Assembly: GCA_965660305.1 (NCBI GenBank)
Contig: CBFHZD010000003.1
Span: 67,379-131,378, forward strand
From: Flavobacteriales bacterium
GTDB lineage: Bacteria > Bacteroidota > Bacteroidia > Flavobacteriales_D > CAJJDF01
Length of the DNA: 64,000 nucleotides
Reading direction: 5' to 3'
Translations under genes and position numbers: made by a program
Shown here: positions 52,873 through 62,707 of the stretch, piece after piece
How the letters are laid out: each line of letters starts with the position of its first letter
Position numbering within the stretch: the first letter of the stretch is position 1
Notes under the pieces: generated by a model
The model's database searches: none
What the model was told of the DNA's origin: nothing
The model's input: only the letters and a program-made list of their open reading frames with translations

Positions 52873-53796
52873 TTATTTTGTTGCTAATAAAGTTGAATCG
52901 ACAACCATTTGAATGCTGTCCATTGCAGGAACTGTGTCAGTCACAGGTATCTGTGCAGGAGTTGTAGAAGCGGTATTCAAGGTTGCGAAATATTTGTTGT
53001 AAACGGCCAAAGATCTATTCATCATTTCATCTACACCAACGGCCGTAAAGGTTGCTCCACTTAACCCAGCAACTTGGTGTTTGTTGTATTCCCCACCTGG
53101 CTTCTCAACTTTTATTGGCTTGTATTCACCGGAGGTTTCATCGGTGATTACTTTCCCTTTGAATTGATTTTGAAATAAGTCTTCTGTTATTTTAGAACCC
53201 AATCCTGGAGTTTCTCCTTTGTGGTCAAATACGGTTCCATTGATAGTAGCCCCATCTTCTCTAAAAGCTACATATCCCCAAATGTCATCCCAGAGCCCTT
53301 TTCCGCTGAAATAAGTAACGTAGTACTTCTCTCCATTGTTTTCTGCAACAAAAAGTGGGTATGTAATCCCTTCGGATTTCAGAGCTTCTTCGTATTCAGT
53401 ACCTCCTTCTGGGTATTTTTTCATTAACCCGGTTAGTTTATTGTAATACTTCCTCACATCTAAATTAAATGCATCCTTCTCGTCCTTCATTTTTTTGGCA
53501 GCAGCTTGAATTTCGTCTTCATTGGTTAGTTCAGAAACTATATTTCCATCATAATCCAAAATGATTCGCTTGGTAATGAAATCGTTGAATATTTTTCCAG
53601 CATCGTCTCTAGAAACTCCATTAGTTTCATCTAATCCGATGGCTTGCAAAATGTTTTGCATTTTTTCGTTTTTCACATTGGCTTGCTGAATTGGCTTCAA
53701 TGAAGAAGCAATGTAGGCCAACAATCCACCAACTACAACTACCATAACAATAGCAAATGTCATCGTGTACGCGTTTCCTTCTTTGTTTATACTCAT
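52873..53796 (-). CDS. nqrC: Na+-NQR subunit C
   Basis: GKGLW, ETPGLG, SGAT FMN-attachment motif. Confidence 0.93.
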   Translation of the reverse strand: MSINKEGNAYTMTFAIVMVVVVGGLLAYIASSLKPIQQANVKNEKMQNILQAIGLDETNGVSRDDAGKIFNDFITKRIILDYDGNIVSELTNEDEIQAAAKKMKDEKDAFNLDVRKYYNKLTGLMKKYPEGGTEYEEALKSEGITYPLFVAENNGEKYYVTYFSGKGLWDDIWGYVAFREDGATINGTVFDHKGETPGLGSKITEDLFQNQFKGKVITDETSGEYKPIKVEKPGGEYNKHQVAGLSGATFTAVGVDEMMNRSLAVYNKYFATLNTASTTPAQIPVTDTVPAMDSIQMVVDSTLLATK

Positions 53797-53825
53797 GGTT
53801 ATAAGTTTAATTTTGACTTAGTAAA

Positions 53826-55022
53826 TTATGCTGAGGCTTTTGCTAACCTTTTCTCTCTTCTTTTGATGTTCCCATTTAGCACCATGTGGTCAATTAATGG
53901 AGAACAAACATTCGCTATTAAAATTCCTAACATTATTCCTTCTGGATAAGCCGGGTTAGCAACTCGAATTAAAATCCCAATAAATCCAGCTAAAAATCCG
54001 TAATAGAATTTCCCCTTGTTAGTTTGTGCTGCTGTTACTGGGTCAGTAATCATGAATACCATTCCAAACATAAAACTTCCAATCATTAGTTGATGAATGG
54101 CAGGAAGTTGCATGTATGCATTATCTCCCGCGAATAGATTGAAAATAGTAGCCATTACAAATCCACCTGCAAAGAAGGAAACTACTATTCTCCAACTCGC
54201 AATTCTAGTAATAAGCAAGAAGGCTAAACCAATTAAAATGGCGTAAACAGAAGATTCTCCGATTGAACCAGGGTAATCTCCCATAAGTGCGCGACTAAAA
54301 GTAATACCGTTCTCTGTAAAATCCTGAATGTTTTCATAAGCAGGACTATCAGTAGTCATAGAAGCTAAATCTCCTAAAGGAGTTGCTCCTGAAACACCGT
54401 CTGCCAGAGTTCCATTTTTTTTCATTTCCTTTAATCCCGATATCCAAACGGTATTTCCTGACATAGAAGTTGGGTGAGCAAAGAATAAAAAAGCTCTTGT
54501 GGTTAAAGCCACATTCACTACATTCATTCCTGTTCCTCCAAATACTTCTTTTCCTATTACAACACCAAATACAGTAGCAACCGCAATCATCCACAAAGGC
54601 GTGTCAACAGGCATAATTAAAGGAATAAGCATCCCAGACACCAAGTAACCTTCATGCAGTGCATGACCTTTTATGATTCCGAAAATAAATTCTACTGCCA
54701 ATCCTACAGTATACGAAACAGCAATGATAGGTATAACTCTAATTGCTCCATGAGCGATTTTATCTATGAAATCCACCTCTTGTCCTAGAGCAAAAAAGTG
54801 TTGTTGACCTACATTCCAGATTCCAAATAATAAAGCAGGAACCATCGCTAAGATTACAAACATCATTGTTCGCTTTAAGTCTATTCCATCTCTAATGTGA
54901 GAACCAGACTTTGTTGTGTGATTGGGTGTAAACACCAAAGTTTCGAAAGATTCAATCAATGGATACCATTTCTTGTTTGTCTTTTCGTAACGTTTATCGA
55001 AAAAATTTCTTAAAAATTTCAT
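53826..55022 (-). CDS. nqrB: Na+-NQR subunit B
   Basis: DLKRTM, KEVFGGTGMN, SGATPL, TDPV, YPEG. Confidence 0.96.
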   Translation of the reverse strand: MKFLRNFFDKRYEKTNKKWYPLIESFETLVFTPNHTTKSGSHIRDGIDLKRTMMFVILAMVPALLFGIWNVGQQHFFALGQEVDFIDKIAHGAIRVIPIIAVSYTVGLAVEFIFGIIKGHALHEGYLVSGMLIPLIMPVDTPLWMIAVATVFGVVIGKEVFGGTGMNVVNVALTTRAFLFFAHPTSMSGNTVWISGLKEMKKNGTLADGVSGATPLGDLASMTTDSPAYENIQDFTENGITFSRALMGDYPGSIGESSVYAILIGLAFLLITRIASWRIVVSFFAGGFVMATIFNLFAGDNAYMQLPAIHQLMIGSFMFGMVFMITDPVTAAQTNKGKFYYGFLAGFIGILIRVANPAYPEGIMLGILIANVCSPLIDHMVLNGNIKRREKRLAKASA

Positions 55023-55057
55023 AGTTTATTAAATATAGGTTGAAAATAAAGAGTCTA

Positions 55058-56398
55058 TTACATGCACTCTTCCTCAATTACTTTTAATCCGTCTCTAATT
55101 ATTTGTTGAGAATTAACTTTTGAAGTACAAACGAATTCACACAATGCAAAATCTTCTGGAGCAACTTCATAGATACCTAGTTTTTCCATCTTATCAATGT
55201 CATTTGTAATTGCTGCTTTCAATAATTGTACCGGGTAAATATCAAAAGGAAATACCTCTTCATATTGACCAGAAACAACAAAGGCTCTTTCTTCACCGTT
55301 TAGATTCGTATCTACATCATATGATTTCTTTGGCAACAATGCCGATAAGAAGGCTTTCGAATTGGACAATTTATTCAATCCGGGAGCTAGCCATCCTTCT
55401 GTAAATGAAACTTTGTAATGGTCACCTTCTGGAATAACAGTTACTTGATTGTCGTAGAATCCTAAAAAACCATCTTTACCTACGTTAGTTCCTGTTAATA
55501 CATTTCCTGAAATGTATCGCACATTTTCAGAGATAATCTTCTTGTCAACCAAATTAGCTAAACTGGCACCTGCCGTGACGGTGTAATAAGAGGGAGTTTC
55601 AACCTCAGAACCTGTCAAAGCAATAGTTTTACTAAAATCCACTTTACCCGTTAGGAATAGAGCGCCAATTCTTGCTACGTCCAATGCATTTACAGTCCAA
55701 ACGATTTCACCTTTATTAATAGGATTAATTTGATGAATTTGCGTTCCCACATTTCCAGCTGGGTGTTTACTATTGATTGTATAAAGTTCAATTCCTTTCA
55801 CATCAGAAAAAACACTTGTGTTTTTAGAAGTATTTTCAATTGTCACATTTACCTTTCCGTCTGTCAATTTTGTTAGAGCGTCAAACCCAGCTTGCAAAGC
55901 TTCTTTCTTATCCTTTAATAAAAATTCAAAGTCAGGTGCTAAAGGGGATGAATCAAAACCGGAAACAAAAATAGCTTTTGGTGCTTTGTTGTAATCTGCA
56001 ACAATATCCAAGGGTCTTTGTTTGATAGTTGGCCAAAGACCACTTTTCAAAATCACCTCTTTTGCATCTCCATTCGTTTCAATTGATTCGAAAGTAAATT
56101 CTGAATCAGCTTTGATAATCACTTCAAGAATTCTTCTTTTCTCTCCTCGCTTCACTTCACTTACGGTTCCGCTCACTGGAGAAACATATTGAATTGCTTC
56201 TCTGTATTTATCGTAAAATATAGGACTTCCTACTTTCACTGAATCACCTTCTTTTACAACCATTTTTGGAGTCATAGAAGGGAAATCTGAGGGTTTGATT
56301 GCGTAAAAAGGTGAGTTTGCGACAGCCTCTATAGTTTGTCCTGGTTTACCTTTAAGCTTAAGATCAAGCCCTTTTCTAATTTTTATAGCTTTTGCCAT
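55058..56398 (-). CDS. nqrA: Na+-NQR subunit A
   Basis: IRKGLDL, SPVSG, HPAGNVG, EDFALCEFVCTSK. Confidence 0.95.
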   Translation of the reverse strand: MAKAIKIRKGLDLKLKGKPGQTIEAVANSPFYAIKPSDFPSMTPKMVVKEGDSVKVGSPIFYDKYREAIQYVSPVSGTVSEVKRGEKRRILEVIIKADSEFTFESIETNGDAKEVILKSGLWPTIKQRPLDIVADYNKAPKAIFVSGFDSSPLAPDFEFLLKDKKEALQAGFDALTKLTDGKVNVTIENTSKNTSVFSDVKGIELYTINSKHPAGNVGTQIHQINPINKGEIVWTVNALDVARIGALFLTGKVDFSKTIALTGSEVETPSYYTVTAGASLANLVDKKIISENVRYISGNVLTGTNVGKDGFLGFYDNQVTVIPEGDHYKVSFTEGWLAPGLNKLSNSKAFLSALLPKKSYDVDTNLNGEERAFVVSGQYEEVFPFDIYPVQLLKAAITNDIDKMEKLGIYEVAPEDFALCEFVCTSKVNSQQIIRDGLKVIEEECM

Positions 56399-56426
56399 CT
56401 TGATGTAATTCTACATTTAATTGTTG

Positions 56427-56434
56427 CAAATTTA
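56427..56434 (-). promoter_or_regulatory. -7 box for the nqr operon
   Basis: TAAATTTG on the minus strand, 28 nt before the nqrA start. Confidence 0.55.
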
Positions 56435-56678
56435 TAAAAAGCCAAAGTTTAAATGCAATTGTTTTATGTCTTTTTTCAACAGAATAAACGTTAATATCTT
56501 CTTTTATTAAAACAAATGGTAAATATTACAAAATTAAATTCAATTAATCGCTTATCTGTTAATGACTTAACCTTTTAAACACTCAATCACATTAAAATAA
56601 TTTATCTTTAGTATTAATGGTTTTGTGTAACATCTACAGGAAGGTTGTCTTTTAGCGTTTTTAGTGTTTGCAATTCCT

Positions 56679-56686
56679 TATATTTG
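56679..56686 (+). promoter_or_regulatory. -7 box for the CBS gene
   Basis: TATATTTG, 31 nt before ATG 56718. Confidence 0.55.
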
Positions 56687-56717
56687 CGTCATATTTTTAA
56701 AAAGATAAAAGTTCAGA

Positions 56718-58076
56718 ATGAAATATTACAACAATATACTTGAAACTATTGGGAACACACCTCTAGTTAAACTAAACAAACTCACGGAAGAAATTGACGC
56801 CTTAGTTTTGGCAAAAGTTGAAACTACCAACCCAGGAAACTCGGTTAAAGATAGAATGGCGGTAAAAATGATTGAGGATGCCGAAAAGGCTGGTTTGTTA
56901 AAGCCTGGTGGAACTGTAATTGAAGGTACTTCTGGAAATACTGGTATGGGGCTTGCTTTAGCTTGTATCATTAAAGGATACAAGATGATGTGCGTATTGA
57001 GCGACAAACAATCTAAAGAAAAAATGGATATTTTGAGAGCCGTAGGAGCCGAGGTTGTTGTTTGCCCTACAAACGTTGAGCCTGACGATCCGCGCTCTTA
57101 TTATTCAGTATCAAAAAGATTAGCCAGTGAAGTGCCCAATAGTTGGTACGTGAATCAATATGATAATTTATCTAATAGATTGGCTCATTATGAAAGTACC
57201 GGCCCAGAAATTTGGGAGCAAACGGACGGGAAAATAACTCATTTTGTTGTTGGCGTGGGAACCGGAGGTACTATTTCAGGTGTAGGAAAGTATTTGAAAG
57301 AGAAAAATCCAGACATTAAAATTATTGGGATTGATACTTATGGTTCTGTATTCAAAAAGTACCATGAAACGGGTATTTTTGATGAGGCTGAGATTTATCC
57401 TTATGTGACAGAAGGAATTGGCGAAGATATTTTACCAAAAAATGTAGATTTTGACATCATTGACCATTTTGAGAAAGTCACTGACAAGGATGGAGCAATC
57501 ATGACCCCAAGAATTGCAAAAGAAGAAGGTATTTTTGTTGGGAACTCTGCAGGTTCTGCTGTTAAAGGATTGTTGCAAATGAAACACATGTTCAAGAAGG
57601 ATGATGTAGTAGTCGTTTTGTTTCATGACCATGGAAGCAGGTATGTTGGAAAATTCTTCAATCAAGAATGGATGAAAGAGAGAGGTTATGTAGAGAATCC
57701 TTCTACTCCTATTGCGAAAGACATTGTTAGCTCTCAAGGAAACTTGGTGATTGCCAATCACGATGAATCAATCTGTTCGGTTGTGGAAAAAATGTCTAAA
57801 TTTCATATTTCACAGATTCCAGTATTTAAAGGAAAAGAAATAGTTGGCTCTATCAGTGAAACCGATGTATTAAATTACCTATTCGAGCATCCTGAGGCAA
57901 AAAGAGATTCTATAGAACCTTTACTTAATCCAGCTTTTCCGATGGTTGAGTTAACTACAAAGTTGAAAGATATTTCTAAATTAATCACGGAAAGTAATGC
58001 TGCAGTAATGATTCAATCGGAAGATGGTAACTACCATATAATCACAAAACAAGATGTAATAAAAGCGATAGCTTAA
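56718..58076 (+). CDS. Cystathionine beta-synthase with C-terminal CBS-domain pair
   Basis: NPGNSVKDR (PLP Lys), TSGNTG, GTGGT, EGIG; C-terminal SQIPV..IVGSISETD and IITKQD. Confidence 0.88.
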   Translation: MKYYNNILETIGNTPLVKLNKLTEEIDALVLAKVETTNPGNSVKDRMAVKMIEDAEKAGLLKPGGTVIEGTSGNTGMGLALACIIKGYKMMCVLSDKQSKEKMDILRAVGAEVVVCPTNVEPDDPRSYYSVSKRLASEVPNSWYVNQYDNLSNRLAHYESTGPEIWEQTDGKITHFVVGVGTGGTISGVGKYLKEKNPDIKIIGIDTYGSVFKKYHETGIFDEAEIYPYVTEGIGEDILPKNVDFDIIDHFEKVTDKDGAIMTPRIAKEEGIFVGNSAGSAVKGLLQMKHMFKKDDVVVVLFHDHGSRYVGKFFNQEWMKERGYVENPSTPIAKDIVSSQGNLVIANHDESICSVVEKMSKFHISQIPVFKGKEIVGSISETDVLNYLFEHPEAKRDSIEPLLNPAFPMVELTTKLKDISKLITESNAAVMIQSEDGNYHIITKQDVIKAIA

Positions 58077-58081
58077 CTCCT

Positions 58082-59890
58082 ATGTCCGAAACCAAAAATA
58101 TTCAACTCTTCAAGAGAGTACTAGTATTTCTTAGGCCACACAGAATCATGTTTTTTTTCACGGTTTTGGGTACAATTCTTAATGCTATAATCTCTCCTTT
58201 GCGTCCATTGATTTTATTTTTCATGATTGATAAATTTGTCGATGGAAAAGAGAAGTTCAGTGGTTTCATGATGAACACTTTAAATAATCTGGATGTTTCG
58301 ATACAACCAGACAATGGCTTTTTGTACTGGACCGTCATCGCTATCGTTACCATCGTGCTTGAGGCTATTTTGCGTTTTGCTACTGTTTACTTTACCAATC
58401 TCATAGGACAAAATATCATTGCAGATATGAGAGAAAGGTTGTACAACCACTTGACAACCTTCAAAACCCAATATTTTGATAAAAACCCCATAGGAAGGTT
58501 GGTAACACGACTGGTATCTGATGTAGAAGCTGCCTCAGAGATTTTTTCGAATGGAATAATTACAGTGGCTGGAGATATTTTAAGTTTAGCCTTGGTAATT
58601 ATTATTATGTTCTCCACTAATTGGATGTTTACCTTAATGGTACTTCTTCCTCTTCCCATTTTATTCTGGGCTACCAATATTTTTAAAAATGCCATTAAAA
58701 AAGCATACCAACTCGAAAGTACGCAAGTTTCTAAACTCAATACTTTTGTTCAGGAACGCATAATAGGAATGAGCATTCTACAACTCTTTTCAAGAGAAAA
58801 AATTGAATACCAAAAATTCGAAGAAATAAACAAACTTCATCGAAATGCCCACATCAAGTCGGTCTGGGCCTACTCTATTTTCTTTCCTGTTGTAGAAATA
58901 TTGAGTTCTATTTCCATCGCATTTGTTATCTTTTATGCCTCCTATCAGATTATAGACAGGCCAATTGCAGAGACTAGCACAGGTGAAATAGTGGCCTTTA
59001 TCATGTGGATAAATATGCTTTATCGCCCTATTAGAATGTTAGCAGATAAGTTCAATGTAATTCAAAGAGGACTAGTCAGAGCTAAAAATATTATCGAAAT
59101 ATTAGATGATGATCAAATAATTCCTACAAACTCAAAAGACACGAACTACAAGAAATATGAAGGGAATGTCGAATTCAACTCAGTAAAATTTGCATACAAC
59201 AATGATGATTATGTATTGAAGGATGTTTCGTTTCAAATAGAAAAAGGACAGACCGCTGCTTTCGTTGGTGCTACAGGAGCTGGGAAATCAAGTATAATTA
59301 ATATCCTCAGCCGGTTTTATGAATTTCAATCTGGAGCCATTAAGGTCGATGGAAACGACATAAGAGAATTATCTCTAGAAGATTTAAGACAAAATATTGC
59401 CGTTGTTCTGCAAGATGTATTCTTATTTTCGGATACCATCATGAACAACATTACCCTCAAAAATCCTAAAATCACAAAAGAACAAGTGATTGAAGCCTCT
59501 AAATTTGTAGGGCTACACGACTTTATCATGAAGTTACCAGGCAACTATGATTATGATGTAAAAGAAAGGGGGAATTCGCTCTCTACAGGTCAAAGACAAT
59601 TAATTTCTTTTGTTCGAGCTTACGTTTACAATCCATCCATTTTAGTTTTGGATGAAGCAACCTCCAGCATAGATACCGAAACGGAAGAATTAATTCAGAC
59701 TGCCATCGATAAATTGACACAAGGAAGAACAGCCATAATCGTGGCCCACAGACTATCTACAATAAAAAAAGCTGATAAAATTATTGTACTGGACAAAGGA
59801 AAAATAATTGAACAAGGCAATCACGATGAACTACTTGAATTGAATGGTACTTACAGAAATTTGTATGAAATACAATTTGAAGAAGACTGA
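58082..59890 (+). CDS. ABC exporter, fused TMD-NBD (MsbA/MdlB-like)
   Basis: Six-TM domain, GATGAGKS, LSTGQRQ, LDEATS. Confidence 0.92.
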   Translation: MSETKNIQLFKRVLVFLRPHRIMFFFTVLGTILNAIISPLRPLILFFMIDKFVDGKEKFSGFMMNTLNNLDVSIQPDNGFLYWTVIAIVTIVLEAILRFATVYFTNLIGQNIIADMRERLYNHLTTFKTQYFDKNPIGRLVTRLVSDVEAASEIFSNGIITVAGDILSLALVIIIMFSTNWMFTLMVLLPLPILFWATNIFKNAIKKAYQLESTQVSKLNTFVQERIIGMSILQLFSREKIEYQKFEEINKLHRNAHIKSVWAYSIFFPVVEILSSISIAFVIFYASYQIIDRPIAETSTGEIVAFIMWINMLYRPIRMLADKFNVIQRGLVRAKNIIEILDDDQIIPTNSKDTNYKKYEGNVEFNSVKFAYNNDDYVLKDVSFQIEKGQTAAFVGATGAGKSSIINILSRFYEFQSGAIKVDGNDIRELSLEDLRQNIAVVLQDVFLFSDTIMNNITLKNPKITKEQVIEASKFVGLHDFIMKLPGNYDYDVKERGNSLSTGQRQLISFVRAYVYNPSILVLDEATSSIDTETEELIQTAIDKLTQGRTAIIVAHRLSTIKKADKIIVLDKGKIIEQGNHDELLELNGTYRNLYEIQFEED

Positions 59891-59914
59891 TGTTCTTTCA
59901 ATAACACCAAATTT

Positions 59915-60256
59915 ATGATTGCTATTCAAACCTTATCCATTCCTAAAGATTGTAAAGTTATTCATCACGAATTTTATGATTATGAGCCAAGTGAATCATT
60001 TGACTTACTGAATAATGTAAAGTTCTTGAATGAGAATCTATTTCAGTGTGTGTTTCCAGAACAACATCTAATAATTGACTTAGGCTGGTACGGTGATGTG
60101 GTAAATAACAAAGGTGAATTTCGTATTCAAATCATTGTAAACGAAAATTGGGAACACCCTTTTGAAGTAATCTATTCAAAATCTGCAAGAGAGGTGAAAC
60201 AACTCCTTCTCAATACTTTCAAATATTTCTCTTCTCAGGAGTTTGAAGCTAACTAA
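59915..60256 (+). CDS. Hypothetical protein resembling toxin-immunity proteins
   Basis: L.IP..FYDYEP..IIDLGWYG..GEFRI..NWEHP pattern, recognised from memory only. Confidence 0.45.
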   Translation: MIAIQTLSIPKDCKVIHHEFYDYEPSESFDLLNNVKFLNENLFQCVFPEQHLIIDLGWYGDVVNNKGEFRIQIIVNENWEHPFEVIYSKSAREVKQLLLNTFKYFSSQEFEAN

Positions 60257-60261
60257 CAAAA

Positions 60262-60699
60262 CTAGTAGGAATTGGGGCCACCAGAATAATTCTTTTCCAT
60301 GAATTCGTTTCTTAGGTTCAATATTTTTTTGAAAAACAATTCATTCGTTTGCTTCAATGAAACCTTATTGAAGTTTATGAAATTTCCGTCAGCATGTATT
60401 GAGTCATATTCGGTTTGGTATAACACCAGTTTATAGTAAGGAATTGCCCAAACCCAATGAGTTAAATTATCTTTAAAGTGAACAAGGATTCCTTTTGGTC
60501 TCAATTCTACACTTCCGTATTTTATTTGTTGAAATTTAGATAGTTTTTCATAAATTTCGATGCTTGATTTTTCGATCTTCATTCTGTGAGAACCAATTCC
60601 GCGCATTACAAGTCTCATTTTTAAAGAAAATGGCTTTCCCACGAGTTCATTAATTTCTCTGGTTACTCTTACCGGCCTTGTTGAATAATCTGCTATCAT
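60262..60699 (-). CDS. Conserved-looking hypothetical protein
   Basis: INELVGKPFS..GIGS..ELRPKGI..IPYYKL; has its own TAATTTTG box. Confidence 0.65.
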   Translation of the reverse strand: MIADYSTRPVRVTREINELVGKPFSLKMRLVMRGIGSHRMKIEKSSIEIYEKLSKFQQIKYGSVELRPKGILVHFKDNLTHWVWAIPYYKLVLYQTEYDSIHADGNFINFNKVSLKQTNELFFKKILNLRNEFMEKNYSGGPNSY

Positions 60700-60816
60700 A
60701 GTTCAAAATTAAGTCAAATAAAAATGTGTTGTGAAATAAATTGAAAAGCAAATATCGATTTTATCAAAAGGAATATCTTTTGGTTTCTATTATCTTTGAT
60801 AAAATCTACGATTAAA

Positions 60817-61482
60817 ATGAAACATCTATTTTTTCCAGTTCTCACCACTCTCCTGCTCATGAGCAGTTGTATCAGTAAAAAAGTATCTCAAACGAAACAA
60901 AATACGGAGAATTTATATGGTTTAGCGCAGACCAATTTGATCAACGAAAACGGAGTCAAAGTTCCGATGCGGGTGCTTCAAATTACAAACAAGGAAGATT
61001 CTATTGTGCTAAGAACAAAAAGCCAGCCCATTAATTTGACTAATCAATTTGAAATAACGAAAACTTTGGCTAAAAAACTGCTAACAACTGTTAACGATCC
61101 TAAAAACCCTGGCGTGGGAATTGCTGCACCTCAAGTAGGAATATTAAAACAGATGATAGCTGTTCAAAGATTTGACAAAAAAGGAAACCCATTTGAAATT
61201 TATGTCAATCCTACTATAAAACAATACTCAGTTAAAACTCAGTTTTGCCTTGAAGGATGCTTGTCGATACCAGATAAAATGGACACCACAAAAAACAGAG
61301 CTTATGCTATTCTACTTGAATATGATAATTTGGATGGTAGCCACGAATTCGAGATGATTGAAGCGTTTACAGCGGTTATTTTTCAGCACGAAATAGATCA
61401 CCTAAATGGCATTCTTTTCACGGATCATTTGGATATAGAAATTGAAGAGGCCGAAGAAAGAAAAAGAAAAAATAATGAGTAA
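60817..61482 (+). CDS. def: Peptide deformylase carrying a lipoprotein signal peptide
   Basis: GVGIAAPQVG, EGCLS and QHEIDHLNG motifs; N-terminus MKHLFFPVLTTLLLMSSC; TATCTTTG box at 60791-60798. Confidence 0.88.
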   Translation: MKHLFFPVLTTLLLMSSCISKKVSQTKQNTENLYGLAQTNLINENGVKVPMRVLQITNKEDSIVLRTKSQPINLTNQFEITKTLAKKLLTTVNDPKNPGVGIAAPQVGILKQMIAVQRFDKKGNPFEIYVNPTIKQYSVKTQFCLEGCLSIPDKMDTTKNRAYAILLEYDNLDGSHEFEMIEAFTAVIFQHEIDHLNGILFTDHLDIEIEEAEERKRKNNE

Positions 61483-62671
61483 AGAAAAGAAAAAGCTTGC
61501 CATTGTTGGAGGTGGTTCTGCAGCCATCATGCTTGCTGCCGAAATTGATACGAATAAGTATGAGGTCACTATTTACGAAAGAAATCTAGCTCTTGGTAGA
61601 AAATTTTTAGTGGCTGGCAAAGGAGGATTCAACTTAACACATTCTTCGCCAATACGTGAGATGAAAAATAAATACGTTGCCTCATCCACAATTTTAAAAA
61701 GTCTTGATGAGTTTACCAATGAAGATTTCATAGATTGGTTACAAAAAGAAGGAATTGAAACGTTTGTGGGGAGTAGCAAAAGAATTTTTCCAATTAAACC
61801 AACTAAACCGATTCAAGTTCTTCAAGCCTTCACCAAAAGAATAGAAGATAAAAAAATCCAAGTTAAGTTCTCGCATCTTTGGAAAGGGTTTAATAATTCG
61901 GCTCTCGTATTTGAAACAAAAGACGGAGTAAAAGAGATTGAACCTGACTTAGTTGTTTTTGCTTTAGGTGGAGCCAGCTGGAAAAAAACAGGGTCTGAAG
62001 GTGAATGGATAACGTTTTTTGAACAAAAAGGAGTGAAAACAAGTAGTTTTCAAGCTTCAAATTGTGGAGTTGCCATAACGTGGAAAGAAAAGTTTTCAAA
62101 AACTCACGAGGGACAACCTTTAAAGAGCATTTCAGTTTCCTGTGGTAATTTATCTAAAAAAGGAGATTTAACTATAACTCGTTTAGGACTTGAGGGAAGT
62201 GCTGTATATGCTTTGAGTCCAGAAATAAGAAATGAGATGAAATTAAAAGGTGTAGCAACCTTACTGTTAGATTTAAAACCTACCACAAAACCAGAGGCTG
62301 TTCTGAGGAAATTGACTAGTCCAAGGAAAAAAAATTCCTGGAGTGAACATTTGATATGGCAATTGAAACTTTCTAAACCTATGTTCGACTTAATCAAAAG
62401 AAGTTGTACTAAAGAGGAGTTTCTAGATCCAGTTTTTTTATCCAAACGCATTAAAAATCTACCACTAAAAGTTACTGGCTTTGATGATATTGACAAAGCT
62501 ATATCCACTGTTGGAGGAATCTCCTTAAACGAAATAGCTGATAATTTTGAACTCAAAAAGATACCGAATCATTATGTGATTGGTGAAATGTTGGACTGGG
62601 ATGCTCCAACAGGAGGCTATCTATTACAAGCATGTATGAGTATGGGTCATAGTCTGGCAAGACAATTATAA
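61475..62671 (+). CDS. HI0933/BaiN-like flavoprotein (TIGR03862-type)
   Basis: IVGGGSA, GRKFLVAGKGGFNLT, ALGGASW, GEMLDWDAPTGGYLLQ. Confidence 0.88.
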   Translation: MSKEKKKLAIVGGGSAAIMLAAEIDTNKYEVTIYERNLALGRKFLVAGKGGFNLTHSSPIREMKNKYVASSTILKSLDEFTNEDFIDWLQKEGIETFVGSSKRIFPIKPTKPIQVLQAFTKRIEDKKIQVKFSHLWKGFNNSALVFETKDGVKEIEPDLVVFALGGASWKKTGSEGEWITFFEQKGVKTSSFQASNCGVAITWKEKFSKTHEGQPLKSISVSCGNLSKKGDLTITRLGLEGSAVYALSPEIRNEMKLKGVATLLLDLKPTTKPEAVLRKLTSPRKKNSWSEHLIWQLKLSKPMFDLIKRSCTKEEFLDPVFLSKRIKNLPLKVTGFDDIDKAISTVGGISLNEIADNFELKKIPNHYVIGEMLDWDAPTGGYLLQACMSMGHSLARQL

Positions 62672-62707
62672 AATTGAAAGAACCATTTTTCTTAAGTGTA
62701 AAGCCTA

